From the NCBI GenBank assembly GCA_018266355.1, contig JAFEAP010000029.1, forward strand, positions 14,305 through 78,304: a DNA stretch of 64,000 nucleotides, read 5' to 3'. Both the position numbers and the translations under genes were made by a program. Source of the stretch: Bdellovibrionales bacterium. Its GTDB lineage: Bacteria > Bdellovibrionota > UBA1018. Below, piece by piece: positions 39,259 through 50,453 of this stretch (positions are counted from its first letter, which is position 1; the number at the start of each line of letters is the position of its first letter). The notes under the pieces are model-generated. The model did not search any database and had not been told where the DNA came from. It saw only the letters and a list, made by a program, of their open reading frames with translations.

Positions 39259-40659
39259 ACCGCGGCCTCCTTAGCGGCGCCCGAGTGGAGCCAGAGCATC
39301 AGCACTTCACCGAGCGCTTTCGACTGGCCGACCGGCGTGATCGCCCGGCGGAGCCGCTGCTCGCGTCCTTCGTAGTTCACGATCGTTCCGTCCTTCTCGG
39401 CGAAGCTCGTGCCCGGCAGCACGGCCGCGAACGAGGCGGATTCTGATTCGGTGAAGACGCCGAGCCCGATGACGTTCGAGAGTCCCTCGACCTTCGGCAA
39501 CTGCGCGCGCCCGCCGCGAACGACGAGGATCGCGTCGGCGGCCGGCATGGATTCGAGCGGCTTGATCCCGAGCTTTTCGAATCCGTTCAGATTCGAAGTC
39601 TTCGATTTGCGTTTCAGGATCTTATCCGCCGGAGCGTCTTTCGCGGTCGTCTCGATTCCGGGAGTGCCGAAATGGAGGAGCGCGGAGCCCGGAAACGCCT
39701 TCGGCACGAAGTCTTGGAGGAGCTTCGCTTCTTCGAGGGTGAGGTCGGTGCCCGCGAGGACGACGACTTTCTTCCCGTGAAGGCGCGCTTTCGCTTCGGC
39801 GACCGCCGCGTGCCAGGTCGAGCGCTCGGCGCCGACTTTCGGGGCGGTCACGCGCTTCGGATCGACGACGTAGTGATAATTGAAACGACCTTCGTCGCAG
39901 AGCCAGTACTTGTTGATCTCCGGGTTCGCCCGCGGCACCGTCCGGTGGATCACGTTATTGTCCTGGTGGATCTCCATATTGCAGCCCTTGGAGCAGCCTT
40001 CGCAAACCGTGGCGGTTTTCTTGAGCATCCAAGCGCGCTTGTGGAACCGGAAGTCCTTCAGCGTGAGCGAGCCCGTCGGGCAGATGTCGGCGTAGTTGCC
40101 CGCGTAGTCGGTCTCGAGCGGGCGACCGTCGATCGTCGTGATCTCGGTGTTGTTCCCGCGCTGGACGGCGACCATCTCGTGGATTCCCGCGACTTCGGTG
40201 CCGAAGCGGATACACCGCGTGCAGTGAATGCAGCGGTTCATGTTCTTCTTGATCACCGGACCCATGTCGAGGTCGAGGTACGTACGGCGTTCTTCCGACG
40301 TGCGCATGTAGGCGTCGCCGTATTTGTAAGAGTTGTCCTGGAGATCGCACTCGCCGGCCTTGTCGCAGATCGGGCAGTCGAGGGGGTGGTTGATCAGGAG
40401 GAACTCCATGATCGATTTTTGGTTCTGCTTCGCGCGCTCGGAATTCGTCCGGACGACCATCCCTTCGGCGGCGGGCGTCGAGCACGCGGTTTGGAGCTTC
40501 GGCATCTTCTCGACTTCGACCGCGCACATCCGGCACTGGGCGACGACCGTCAGAGCCGGGTGATAACAGAAGTACGGGACTTCGATCCCGACTTTGCGGG
40601 CGACCTCGATGAGGTTCTCTCCCGCTTTGAATTCGACTTCGCGACCGTCGATCGTGCAC

Positions 40660-40667
<8 letters not shown>
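39255..40667 (-). CDS. nuoG: NADH-quinone oxidoreductase subunit G, short form (~470 aa)
   Basis: N-terminal 2Fe-2S motif (CYHP...C..C.VEV), His/Cys 4Fe-4S ligands (HPLDCPICDKAGEC; CIHCTRCIRF), then a partial molybdopterin-like domain. Start ATG 40667 (MPKCTIDGREV) is preceded by a GAGGTGAG RBS. Confidence 0.8.
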
Positions 40668-41940
<1,273 letters not shown>

Positions 41941-41941
41941 A

Positions 41942-42424
41942 TCAGCCTTTCACTCCGAGCTTCGCGAGCACCTCATCCATTTTGCGAATATCGAGGTTCT
42001 CCACGTAATCATTATTCAGCATCATCGCCGGGGCCGTGCCGCAAGCGCCGAGGCACTCTTCTTCGTGCAGGGTGAACTGTTTGTCCGGCGTCGTTTGTCC
42101 GACCTTGATCCCGAGTTTTTTCTCGGTGTGCTCTACGACGTCGTACGCGCCGCGGAGGCAGCACGCGACGTTCGTGCAGATCTTCAGGTGGTATTTCCCG
42201 ACCGGCTTCAGGTTGTACATCGTGTAGAACGACGCGACTTCCTTCACCTGCGCGGGGTGGATCCCGATGTACGAGCCGATTTCTTCCATCGTCTCCGAGG
42301 AGAGCCAGCCGAGTTCGTCCTGGGCCGCGTGGAGCGCGGGCAAAAGGAGCGCGACCTTCGTCGGATAGCGCGGCTCGAGCTTTTTCATCTCGGCGTAGAA
42401 TTTTTCGGAAAGGACTTTAGCCAT
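41942..42424 (-). CDS. nuoE: NADH-quinone oxidoreductase subunit E (2Fe-2S)
   Basis: 160 aa from MAKVLSEKFY..., with CTNVACCLRG...CLGACGTAP thioredoxin-like 2Fe-2S motifs. The 559-aa ORF-track entry is a spurious upstream extension. Confidence 0.85.
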   Translation of the reverse strand: MAKVLSEKFYAEMKKLEPRYPTKVALLLPALHAAQDELGWLSSETMEEIGSYIGIHPAQVKEVASFYTMYNLKPVGKYHLKICTNVACCLRGAYDVVEHTEKKLGIKVGQTTPDKQFTLHEEECLGACGTAPAMMLNNDYVENLDIRKMDEVLAKLGVKG

Positions 42425-42450
42425 GTCTCTTGAACCTCTGCTTATCTTCT

Positions 42451-43722
42451 TTACCGATCGAGCTCGCCGGCGATGATGTTGATCGACCCGAGCGCGGCGA
42501 CCATGTCCGCGATCAGTCCGCCTTGCGACATCGGCGAAAGCGCCTGGAAGTGGTAAACCGACGGTCCGCGGATACGCATACGGTGGGCTTTCGGCCCCCC
42601 CTTCGAGCAGATGTAGAATCCGAGCTCGCCGTTCGCCGCTTCGACCGTCGTGTAGGCCTCCCCTTCGGGAACGTCGAAGCCGGTCATGAAGAACTTGAAG
42701 TGGTGGATGAGGCCTTCCATCGTGTTGTGCACGACTTCCTTGTCCGGGATTCGCGTGCGCTTGTCGTCGGCCCAGACCGGACCCGGCTTCATGCGTTCGG
42801 CGCACTGCTGGATGATATTCAGCGACTGACGGATTTCTTCCATCCGCACGAGGTAACGATCGAACACGTCGCCGTTCTGGGCGATCGGCACGTCGAACTC
42901 GACCTTGTCGTAAACCAGGTAAGGCGCGTCCCGGCGGAGATCGATGTCGATCCCGGCGGCGCGCGCGCACGGTCCGGTGAAGGAATACTTCAGGCAGTCT
43001 TCCTTGCTGAATCGAGCGACGCCGACGGTCCGCTGGAGCCAGATCTTGTTCCCGGTGAGGAGGCTGTCCATTTCGTCGAGGCATTCGCGGGTTTTCTTCA
43101 CCCACGCCTTCACTTCGTCTTCCCAGCCGACCGGAGCGTCGCCGGCGAGCCCGCCGATCCGGGTGTAGGACGTCGTGAGGCGGGCACCGCAGAGTTTTTC
43201 GATGAGCGTGTAGGCTTCTTCGCGTTGGTGGAATCCGTAGAGGAAGAACGAGAACGCACCGATGTCGACGGCGCCGATTCCGACGCAGACGAGGTGGTCG
43301 ATCACGCGGGCCATTTCCGAGGCGATCATCCGGATCCAAACGCAGCGCTCGGGCACCGAGACGCCGAGCAGGCGCTCGACCGACATCGCGTAGGCGACGT
43401 TGTTGATGAGCGCCGAACAGTAGTTCAAACGATCCGAGTAGACGATGAACTGGTGATAGGTGCGATTTTCGCCGAGTTTTTCCTTCGCGCGGTGGGTGAA
43501 TCCGAATTCGCAGTAGCTCTGCTCGATCGTTTCGCCGTTCACTTTCGCGACCATGCGAAGCGCTCCGTGCATCGCGGGGTGGGTCGGGCCGATGTTCACG
43601 ACGACGCGGGAGTCGCCCCAAATATCGTCCGGATCGTGATCGATCGAATGGAAGTGGTGCGGGCCCTGACCCTGGGCGGAGTAGGTGCCGCTCGTAAACG
43701 GCGTTTCGTTACGGGTTTCCAT
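42451..43722 (-). CDS. nuoD: NADH-quinone oxidoreductase subunit D (49 kDa)
   Basis: 423 aa; motifs GPTHPAMHGALR...; separate from nuoC. Confidence 0.9.
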   Translation of the reverse strand: METRNETPFTSGTYSAQGQGPHHFHSIDHDPDDIWGDSRVVVNIGPTHPAMHGALRMVAKVNGETIEQSYCEFGFTHRAKEKLGENRTYHQFIVYSDRLNYCSALINNVAYAMSVERLLGVSVPERCVWIRMIASEMARVIDHLVCVGIGAVDIGAFSFFLYGFHQREEAYTLIEKLCGARLTTSYTRIGGLAGDAPVGWEDEVKAWVKKTRECLDEMDSLLTGNKIWLQRTVGVARFSKEDCLKYSFTGPCARAAGIDIDLRRDAPYLVYDKVEFDVPIAQNGDVFDRYLVRMEEIRQSLNIIQQCAERMKPGPVWADDKRTRIPDKEVVHNTMEGLIHHFKFFMTGFDVPEGEAYTTVEAANGELGFYICSKGGPKAHRMRIRGPSVYHFQALSPMSQGGLIADMVAALGSINIIAGELDR

Positions 43723-44300
43723 CAGCGGTCTCCCTTTTCGAGATACTCGGGCTTCGGCGCCGGCGTGTCCGGGAAGATTTGGTAGCCGCGGAGCGGATAG
43801 TCCTTACGAAGCGGATGACCGACCCATCGCTCGTCCATCAGGATCCGGCGCGGATGCGGGTGCCCGGTGAACGTGATGCCGAACATGTCGTAGACTTCGC
43901 GCTCCGGCCAGTTCGCCGCTTCCCAAAGCTTCGTCGCGGTCGGGATCTCTTCGCCGTCTTTCAGCCGGACCTTCACGCGGATGCGCGCCATGTTCGTGTG
44001 GGAAAGGAGTTGGTAGACGACTTCGAACCGAGGATCGATTTCTTCGTCGGTCGCCGTGAGATCGGCGAGGAATCCGTATTCGAGGCCCGGCGCCCCGCGG
44101 AGATAGTCGAGTACCGCGATGATCGATTCCTTCTTCACGTAGAGGATCGGCACTTCGGTCGGAAACTCCCGCGGCATCCGGACTTCTTCGATCGCGCCGC
44201 CGAACTTCGCTTGGACCTCGGCGACCTGTTTCTTCCAGGTATCGATGTATTTATCGTAATTTCCGCCGTAAATCGTGGCGACCGGGGTATTGATGTCCAT
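43722..44300 (-). CDS. nuoC: NADH-quinone oxidoreductase subunit C (30 kDa)
   Basis: 192 aa from [13 protein letters not shown]...; the ORF-track extension to 44597 was rejected. Confidence 0.85.
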   Translation of the reverse strand: MDINTPVATIYGGNYDKYIDTWKKQVAEVQAKFGGAIEEVRMPREFPTEVPILYVKKESIIAVLDYLRGAPGLEYGFLADLTATDEEIDPRFEVVYQLLSHTNMARIRVKVRLKDGEEIPTATKLWEAANWPEREVYDMFGITFTGHPHPRRILMDERWVGHPLRKDYPLRGYQIFPDTPAPKPEYLEKGDR

Positions 44301-44875
44301 TACTCGATTCCCTTCTCGACCTTTTCGCCGAGGCGGCGGATCTCGCGCGAATCCGTCGTCGCGATCCGGTTCATCAGGTTCAGCCGCTTCCACGCCTGCT
44401 CGCGCCGCTGGGCGCGCGTGTTGCCTTCTTGGATCATCTCCTGGAGGCGCATCACTCCGTGCATGAGTCCTTCCGGCGACGGCGGACAGCCCGGAACGTA
44501 CACGTCGACCGGGATGATCGTGTCGATGCCTTGGGTGACGGAATAGACGTTGAAGATCCCGCCCGAGGAAGCGCACGCGCCCATCGAGATGACCCACTTC
44601 GGTTCGGCCATCTGCTCGTAGATCGTCCGCAGGATCGGCGCCATCTTCGTGTTCACGATGCCGGCGACGATCATCATGTCGGCCTGTTTCGGCGAAAAGC
44701 GCATCGCTTCCGCGCCGAACCGGGCCATGTCGTAATCCGACGCGAGCGTCGCCATCATCTCGATCCCGCAGCAGCTCGTGCCGAACGGATAAGGCCAGAG
44801 CGAATTCTTCCGGCCGTAATTGATGACGTCGTCGAGGCGCGTGGTGAAATATACTGCCGAGCCGTCTTTACCCAT
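44300..44875 (-). CDS. nuoB: NADH-quinone oxidoreductase subunit B (N2 4Fe-4S)
   Basis: [19 protein letters not shown] and VPGCPP cluster-ligand motifs; 191 aa. Confidence 0.9.
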   Translation of the reverse strand: MGKDGSAVYFTTRLDDVINYGRKNSLWPYPFGTSCCGIEMMATLASDYDMARFGAEAMRFSPKQADMMIVAGIVNTKMAPILRTIYEQMAEPKWVISMGACASSGGIFNVYSVTQGIDTIIPVDVYVPGCPPSPEGLMHGVMRLQEMIQEGNTRAQRREQAWKRLNLMNRIATTDSREIRRLGEKVEKGIE

Positions 44876-44878
44876 TGT

Positions 44879-45238
44879 CTACTCCCACTCGAGGGCACCC
44901 TTCTTGAGGATGTAGAAATATCCGACGAGCAGAATGCCGACGAAGAATCCCATCTCAAGCAGGATGAAAGAATTGATGCTGAGGTATTCGCGATAGATCA
45001 GCGCGAACGGAAAAAAGAAAATCGCTTCGACGTCGAAAAGGAGGAAGAGAATCGCGACGAGATAGAAGCGCACCGAGAAGCGGTGTTTTGTATCTCCTAA
45101 GGGAGGGACGCCGCATTCGAACGGAGCGTCCTTGATCACGTTTTTAATCTTCGGTCCGAGCAGGCTCGAAAGCCCGATCATACCGCCGCCGATCGCGAGC
45201 CCTACGGCGAGCAGAATCAGAACGGGTAGGTATTGCAT
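44879..45238 (-). CDS. nuoA: NADH-quinone oxidoreductase subunit A
   Basis: 119 aa, three TM helices, ND3 motif (PFECGVPP); first gene of the operon. Confidence 0.85.
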   Translation of the reverse strand: MQYLPVLILLAVGLAIGGGMIGLSSLLGPKIKNVIKDAPFECGVPPLGDTKHRFSVRFYLVAILFLLFDVEAIFFFPFALIYREYLSINSFILLEMGFFVGILLVGYFYILKKGALEWE

Positions 45239-45326
45239 GCGCGTATTCCCCCACGCGATGAAGACTTCGCGCCGAGTTTTTCGGCGTAAGTCTTAGGTTT
45301 GTAAGTCGAATTTAGAATTCGACCAA

Positions 45327-45355
45327 ACTATAGCTTCGGGCTAACGCGGGTTCAA
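45327..45355 (-). promoter_or_regulatory. Near-consensus sigma70-type promoter for the canonical nuoA-N operon, lying between the two nuo clusters
   Basis: On the minus strand: TTGAAC (plus 45350-45355), a 17-nt spacer, then TATAGT (plus 45327-45332), ~85 nt upstream of the nuoA ATG. The AT-rich 5'UTR contains a 7-bp palindrome GTCGAAT...ATTCGAC (45303-45323). Confidence 0.45.
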
Positions 45356-46813
45356 TCACCAAAGGTTAAACGCGACGCTTGCGCCGACCCAGTTCAGCAT
45401 CGGTTCTGCAAAAATCGAGAGCATCGCGAGCGGGAGTAAAAGTCCCAAGACGAGCATTCGGTGCGACCACGAGATCGCGAAACTCTCATTTCGATGACGC
45501 AGTTCGCTGATCCAAGGGTAGATCCACCGGAAGACCGCGATCGACATCAATATAAGAGAGAGAAGAGCGATCGAAACGAGTCCATTCCACTGATGCCGCG
45601 CCGCAGAGCTAATCAGCGTGAACTTCGCGATAAAACCGGGAAGTGGGGGAAGCCCGATGACCGCGACGAGGAACATCAATAACGCGACGCCTTCAGGAAC
45701 GGAGCGGGAAAGCTGTCCTCGGTTGGCTTCTTCGTCGCGTCGATCTTCGAAGAACGCGAGCGAAGAAAAGAGACCACCGACGACCACGACCTCCGTCGCG
45801 AGCCCGAAGAGGATCGAGGCGAACCCGACCTGATCGAGGGATAGGACGCCGAGGAGGTAAAATCCGCTTTGGAGTACGATCACTCCGGCGAGGAGCTTCC
45901 GCGTGTCGGTTTGGCGGAACGTGTAGAGCGCGCTCATGATGAGGGTCACGCCGGCGATCGTCGCGATCACCGGCGTCCACCCGATCGCGGTGATCGGCTG
46001 CCAAAACCCCTTGTCTCCGGACTCCTTCGCGAACTGGATCACGAGCGTCCGCACGAGCACGCCGAAACTCGAAATCCGGAAAAGGCAGGACGCGAATGCG
46101 GTCGCCGGAAGCGACGCTCCCTCGTAGGCGTCTTTCGCCCAGAGCTGGGCTGGGAAGTAAGTGCCGAAAAAACCGAGCGCGAGCACGATCATGGAGAAAC
46201 CGGTGGAAAACACCCGGTCCGGAATCCCCTTATCGACGATCGCGGCGTGGATCCGGTAAAGGTCGAACTCCCCGGTGATTCCGTAGAAAAGGAGCGAGGC
46301 GAGCGCGAGGAGGAGCGTCGCGTAGATCGCGAGGAAGTTCCCTTTGAACGCCGCTTCGATCGCTCGGCGGTCGAATTTTTTCAGCGCGAACGAGAGCGAG
46401 CCGAGAACCTGGACGCCGAAGAGCAGGACGAGGATCCAAACCCAGTGCACCGCCGATACGACGAGCATCGCGAGCGCCGTCGTCCCGAGGATGAGGGTCG
46501 CGTGCTCCGTCCGCGTTTCGAGCGAAACTTCCTGGGATTTACGTTCGGCGAAAAGCCCGATCCCCGCCGAGAGAAGGAGAAGGAGTTTCAGGAACAATCC
46601 GAAACCGTCGTTCACGAAATTCCCGTGTCCGTACCGACTCGCGCCGGCCGTGTAATTCAAGAGCAGCTGAATTCCCGACCCGCCCACCGCGAGAAGCGCG
46701 GTGGAAAGGATCATCCTCACGCGCTCCCCGTGATAGCCTACCTCGCCTAGGATCAATCCGATCGCGGCGAGGATCAGGTAAAGCTCGGGGAGAAATAGGA
46801 CGAAATCCTTCAC
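45356..46813 (-). CDS. Complex I-like antiporter subunit, NuoN/ND2 homologue (second cluster)
   Basis: 485 aa, ~14 TM helices, ND2/ND4/ND5-family architecture. GTG start overlaps the stop of the upstream M-like gene. Confidence 0.75.
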   Translation of the reverse strand: MKDFVLFLPELYLILAAIGLILGEVGYHGERVRMILSTALLAVGGSGIQLLLNYTAGASRYGHGNFVNDGFGLFLKLLLLLSAGIGLFAERKSQEVSLETRTEHATLILGTTALAMLVVSAVHWVWILVLLFGVQVLGSLSFALKKFDRRAIEAAFKGNFLAIYATLLLALASLLFYGITGEFDLYRIHAAIVDKGIPDRVFSTGFSMIVLALGFFGTYFPAQLWAKDAYEGASLPATAFASCLFRISSFGVLVRTLVIQFAKESGDKGFWQPITAIGWTPVIATIAGVTLIMSALYTFRQTDTRKLLAGVIVLQSGFYLLGVLSLDQVGFASILFGLATEVVVVGGLFSSLAFFEDRRDEEANRGQLSRSVPEGVALLMFLVAVIGLPPLPGFIAKFTLISSAARHQWNGLVSIALLSLILMSIAVFRWIYPWISELRHRNESFAISWSHRMLVLGLLLPLAMLSIFAEPMLNWVGASVAFNLW

Positions 46814-48267
46814 GCGAGCACCTTCGTGATCGTCGCCCGTACGATTTCGACGAACGGGGAGGGGAAGAACCCGACGCAGATCGCGACTCCGGCGAGGGGG
46901 ATCAAGAGGAGCCGTTCGCGGAAACCGAGACGGGTGAACCGCTCTTGGACCTTTTCACCGAGGAAGATCCGTCGATAGACTTGGATGAGGAATCCGGTTA
47001 CCACGAGCGAAACGACGAGGGCCGCGAGCACCACGCCCGGATGATAGTTGAAGGCGCCCATATAAAGGAGCGCGAAGGAGATGAATCCCGCCGTTCCCGG
47101 GATCCCGACCGCGCACGCGATCGAGAGCAGCGTCGCCGATCCGAGGTCGGGAAGGGTGCGGAGGACCCCTTGGATCTCCGCGATCGCGTACGTCCGCGTC
47201 CGGTAACGGAGGATTTCCGAGGCGAAGCCCCAAACCGCGAGCGCGACCATCGAGGAAAAGAGGATGAATTGCGAACCGACGAGACCCGTCGGATGCGCGG
47301 TTCCGATTCCGAGGAGCGAAAAGCCCGCGAAAACCGAGGAGAGCGAAACAAGGATGCCGCGCAGGTCGCTCTCTTGGAGGAGGGTCAAGGCCCCGAAAAC
47401 GAGGTTCGCGATCCCGATCCCGATCCACACGTCGAGGTGCGCCTTCATCGTCTCCGGAAAGAGCACGAAACCGATGCGGGTGAAGACGGTGAGAGCGACC
47501 GGAAAACCCGCGAGGAGGGCTCCGACGGCCACGGTCGTCGGGACCTTCAGGATGAATTTTCTAAACCACCCCTGGAGCGGCCAGAACGGCGCGCGAAGCG
47601 CTAGGCCGAATACGATGAGAGGAAAGGCGATGTGTTGGAGTTCGACCGAGATTCCGAAAATCTCGGTCGTTTTTCCCGCGAGCTTCCCCGCGAGGTCCTC
47701 GATCAGGAACGTGTGCGGATCGACGGCGTGATAAATGAGCAGGATCCCGAAGAAAAGACAGGCGCTCGCGACGAGCGAGACCGAGACCATTCGGAACGCG
47801 GAAGTCTCACGGCCCTCGTCGCCCCATATCGACGCGAGGAAATAGAGCGGGATCGGCGTCAGCATCAAGAAGAAGAGAAGCAGAAACAAGTCTCCCGCGC
47901 AAAGCGCGCCGAGGATTCCCGTTTCGAGCAGGAGGAGGAGCGCGTGGATCCCGCGTCGGCCGAACTGCCGGTCCCACTCCGAGATGAGAAGGAACGGGAA
48001 CACGAACGCGGTCACGAGCATCGGCAGGAGATTCAGTCCGTCCACGCCGAGCGCGAAGTGGATCGAATAGGAGCGCATCCAAGCCACGACGTACTTAGGT
48101 GTCTCGAGTCCCGGATCCATCTGGACGAAAAGAGCGATCGCGGCTACCGCGCTCACGAGACTCGCGACGATCGCCAGCGTGCGACTGATCGCCGGGCGCG
48201 GATTCAACGTCTGAAGAAGCGCCCCGAGGGCCGGCGTGAATACGAGAATCGGGATGAGTTCTTTCAA
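46810..48267 (-). CDS. Complex I-like antiporter subunit, NuoM/ND4 homologue (second cluster)
   Basis: 485 aa, polytopic. TTG start preceded by an AAGGAG RBS with a 6-nt spacer. Confidence 0.75.
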   Translation of the reverse strand: MKELIPILVFTPALGALLQTLNPRPAISRTLAIVASLVSAVAAIALFVQMDPGLETPKYVVAWMRSYSIHFALGVDGLNLLPMLVTAFVFPFLLISEWDRQFGRRGIHALLLLLETGILGALCAGDLFLLLFFLMLTPIPLYFLASIWGDEGRETSAFRMVSVSLVASACLFFGILLIYHAVDPHTFLIEDLAGKLAGKTTEIFGISVELQHIAFPLIVFGLALRAPFWPLQGWFRKFILKVPTTVAVGALLAGFPVALTVFTRIGFVLFPETMKAHLDVWIGIGIANLVFGALTLLQESDLRGILVSLSSVFAGFSLLGIGTAHPTGLVGSQFILFSSMVALAVWGFASEILRYRTRTYAIAEIQGVLRTLPDLGSATLLSIACAVGIPGTAGFISFALLYMGAFNYHPGVVLAALVVSLVVTGFLIQVYRRIFLGEKVQERFTRLGFRERLLLIPLAGVAICVGFFPSPFVEIVRATITKVLA

Positions 48268-48277
48268 AGACGTCTCC

Positions 48278-50152
48278 TTAACGAGTCAAATAAATCGAAA
48301 AAATCAGGATCCATATCAACGCGAACCACGCGTAGAGCCGTACGTTCCCGCCGTGCAACCACTGCACGAGCTTTGCCGCCGGCGTGAAGATGCGGCCGTA
48401 ACCTTCCGAGGTGAGCGGATCGACCGCGGCTTCCACGAAACGCGCGATCTTGCGAAGCGCGCCGAGCGTCGCGAGGCCCACCGCCGGAATTCCGCGTTCC
48501 CAGAATGTCGCCGAGACGCTCTCCGTCCAGTACGCTCCCATACGCCGGAACGCGCCGGAAAACCCCTCCTGGATCCAGCCGAGGCCGAAGAGTCCCTTCG
48601 CCGCGCGTTCTCCCCCCGGATATTTCTTCGAGAACGGAAAAAGTTCCGAGGAGCGCCACGCGAAGATCCCGAAAAGCGCGGCGACCAAGACGAGTCCCTG
48701 GGAGAGGCCGAAACCCGCCCAATCCGTCTCGGATCCTTCCGTCGCGGCCTTGATCCACGGCCACGCTTTCGCTCCCTCGATCCAGTCGGGCTCTCCCGGG
48801 AGCGCTCCACCACCGAAACGTCCCGACATTAGGGGTCCGAATCCGAGGACGAAGAAAATCCCGAGAGCCGCCCATTTCGCCGCCGGCGCCGGATTTTCCT
48901 TCCGATCCCCGCCGCGAACGACGAGGCGCCATCCGAACGCTTGATAGAGCAGGAGCAGGAGGAAAATCGGAATTCGCAGCGCGGGATCCGATTCCAACCG
49001 GGAAAAGAAGTTCGCGTACCCGGCCGACGTCGCCCATCCCACGAATCCGGTCGCGCCGAGATAGAAGGCCGCGGCCGTCGCGACGTCCGCCTTCGTGCGC
49101 GGATGATCGATCGCGACCCAAAGCCCGTTCGTCGCTACGAGCGCGCCGAGCAGGAGAAGGTTCGCCTCCCGCGCGGGAAGGAAAGGAAGCAGGACGAGCG
49201 TCGCGACGGGCGCCGTCGCGAGCCAGAGGTGGATCGCACTCGTGCGCGAAGACTGGAAGGTGAGCGCGGCGATCGAAAACGCGGTCGAAACCGCCGCCCC
49301 GACTCCGACGGACAGCAGCCACACTTCCTCGTGAAGGTTTCCGAACGCCCGGTAAAAGATCAATACCGCGATCCATCCGAGGCTCGTCTCGGAAACGAAA
49401 AGATTTTCCTCCACGGTCCGATCGTTCGATTCGTGAAGCGCGCTCGACGAAAGCGCCGGCGTCGCGATCACGAGAAGCCCGAAGACGAGGAGGGCTCCGG
49501 CCACGATCGCGGAGGGCGTCGCCTCGAGCGAAGACCACGGAGTCGAGGCGAGAAAGTCGAGGTGAATACCTTGGGACGCGAGTCCGGCGCCGCCGCAAAG
49601 GAGACTCGCGAGCCCGATCCAAGCGCGCTTCGCAGAAGCGATCCAACGCGCGTCCACTCCCGCGGTTCTTTCCGCGCTCTCGGTCAACGGAAAAGTCCGG
49701 GAAAGAATCTGGATCCCGATCCCGAGGATCGCCATCCAAATCGTCTGCGCGGTCGCGGCGAGTCCGAGGCCGACCCAGGAAAGGACGAGCGCCGAACTCG
49801 TCCGGATCGTCGGACGGTTCCGGATCGCGATCGCCACGGCGGCCGCCCCCGCGAAAAACACGGCGACGAAACTCACCGGGTCGAAAACGAGGCCGAGATG
49901 AAGCGCGTCCTGGGCGCCCTTGTCGAAAACCCAGTGCACGATCGGACGCTCGAGGACGCCGAAACCGCGCGCGGCGTACACGAGGGCGAAAAGCATTCCG
50001 GGAAACGCGAAAATCGCGAACGCGCTCGTCCGGATTTTTTCGAGGCGTTCCGGGAAAAGGCCGGCAATCGCCGCGGTCACGATCGCGAACGAAAGGGCGG
50101 CGATCCAAACGACCAGGAGACTCGAGGGTGAGGAGAGGAGTTCGGCGTCCAT
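48278..50152 (-). CDS. Complex I-like antiporter subunit, highly diverged NuoL/ND5-like (second cluster)
   Basis: 624 aa, Ala/Leu/Gly-rich polytopic membrane protein in the L position between the K-like and M-like genes. Assignment rests mainly on length, position and TM pattern. Confidence 0.6.
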   Translation of the reverse strand: MDAELLSSPSSLLVVWIAALSFAIVTAAIAGLFPERLEKIRTSAFAIFAFPGMLFALVYAARGFGVLERPIVHWVFDKGAQDALHLGLVFDPVSFVAVFFAGAAAVAIAIRNRPTIRTSSALVLSWVGLGLAATAQTIWMAILGIGIQILSRTFPLTESAERTAGVDARWIASAKRAWIGLASLLCGGAGLASQGIHLDFLASTPWSSLEATPSAIVAGALLVFGLLVIATPALSSSALHESNDRTVEENLFVSETSLGWIAVLIFYRAFGNLHEEVWLLSVGVGAAVSTAFSIAALTFQSSRTSAIHLWLATAPVATLVLLPFLPAREANLLLLGALVATNGLWVAIDHPRTKADVATAAAFYLGATGFVGWATSAGYANFFSRLESDPALRIPIFLLLLLYQAFGWRLVVRGGDRKENPAPAAKWAALGIFFVLGFGPLMSGRFGGGALPGEPDWIEGAKAWPWIKAATEGSETDWAGFGLSQGLVLVAALFGIFAWRSSELFPFSKKYPGGERAAKGLFGLGWIQEGFSGAFRRMGAYWTESVSATFWERGIPAVGLATLGALRKIARFVEAAVDPLTSEGYGRIFTPAAKLVQWLHGGNVRLYAWFALIWILIFSIYLTR

Positions 50153-50153
50153 A

Positions 50154-50453
50154 TCAGTGACGGATCTCCTCGTTCCGGCGCCACCGGACGTCGCGGTCGG
50201 AATAATACCTTCGTAGCCCGAGGACGAGCAGCGACGCGAGGGCGATCGCCGCGCCGAAGACGAGCACCCAAAGCAAGACCGCGCCTTCCGCGGGTTTTGC
50301 CCTCTGGAAGACGCTGATCGCGGCGAGCGCGAGCACTCCCTGCCAGGCGACGAGGAACGCGACCGTTCCTCCGATCACGCTCTTACGCATGTGAAGGCCG
50401 GTCCACCCGATCACAAGGAGAGGGAGTGCGTAGGCGACGTGAATACCGGTCAT
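50154..50453 (-). CDS. NuoK-like subunit (second cluster)
   Basis: 99 aa from MTGIHVAYALPLLVIGW..., with three TM helices. The ORF-track N-terminal extension was rejected. Confidence 0.7.
   Translation of the reverse strand: MTGIHVAYALPLLVIGWTGLHMRKSVIGGTVAFLVAWQGVLALAAISVFQRAKPAEGAVLLWVLVFGAAIALASLLVLGLRRYYSDRDVRWRRNEEIRH

Noticed and set aside
41942-43621. 559-aa minus-strand ORF
   Set aside because: Only the C-terminal 160 aa (41942-42424) is NuoE. The upstream part runs out of frame through nuoD, which is independently well supported.
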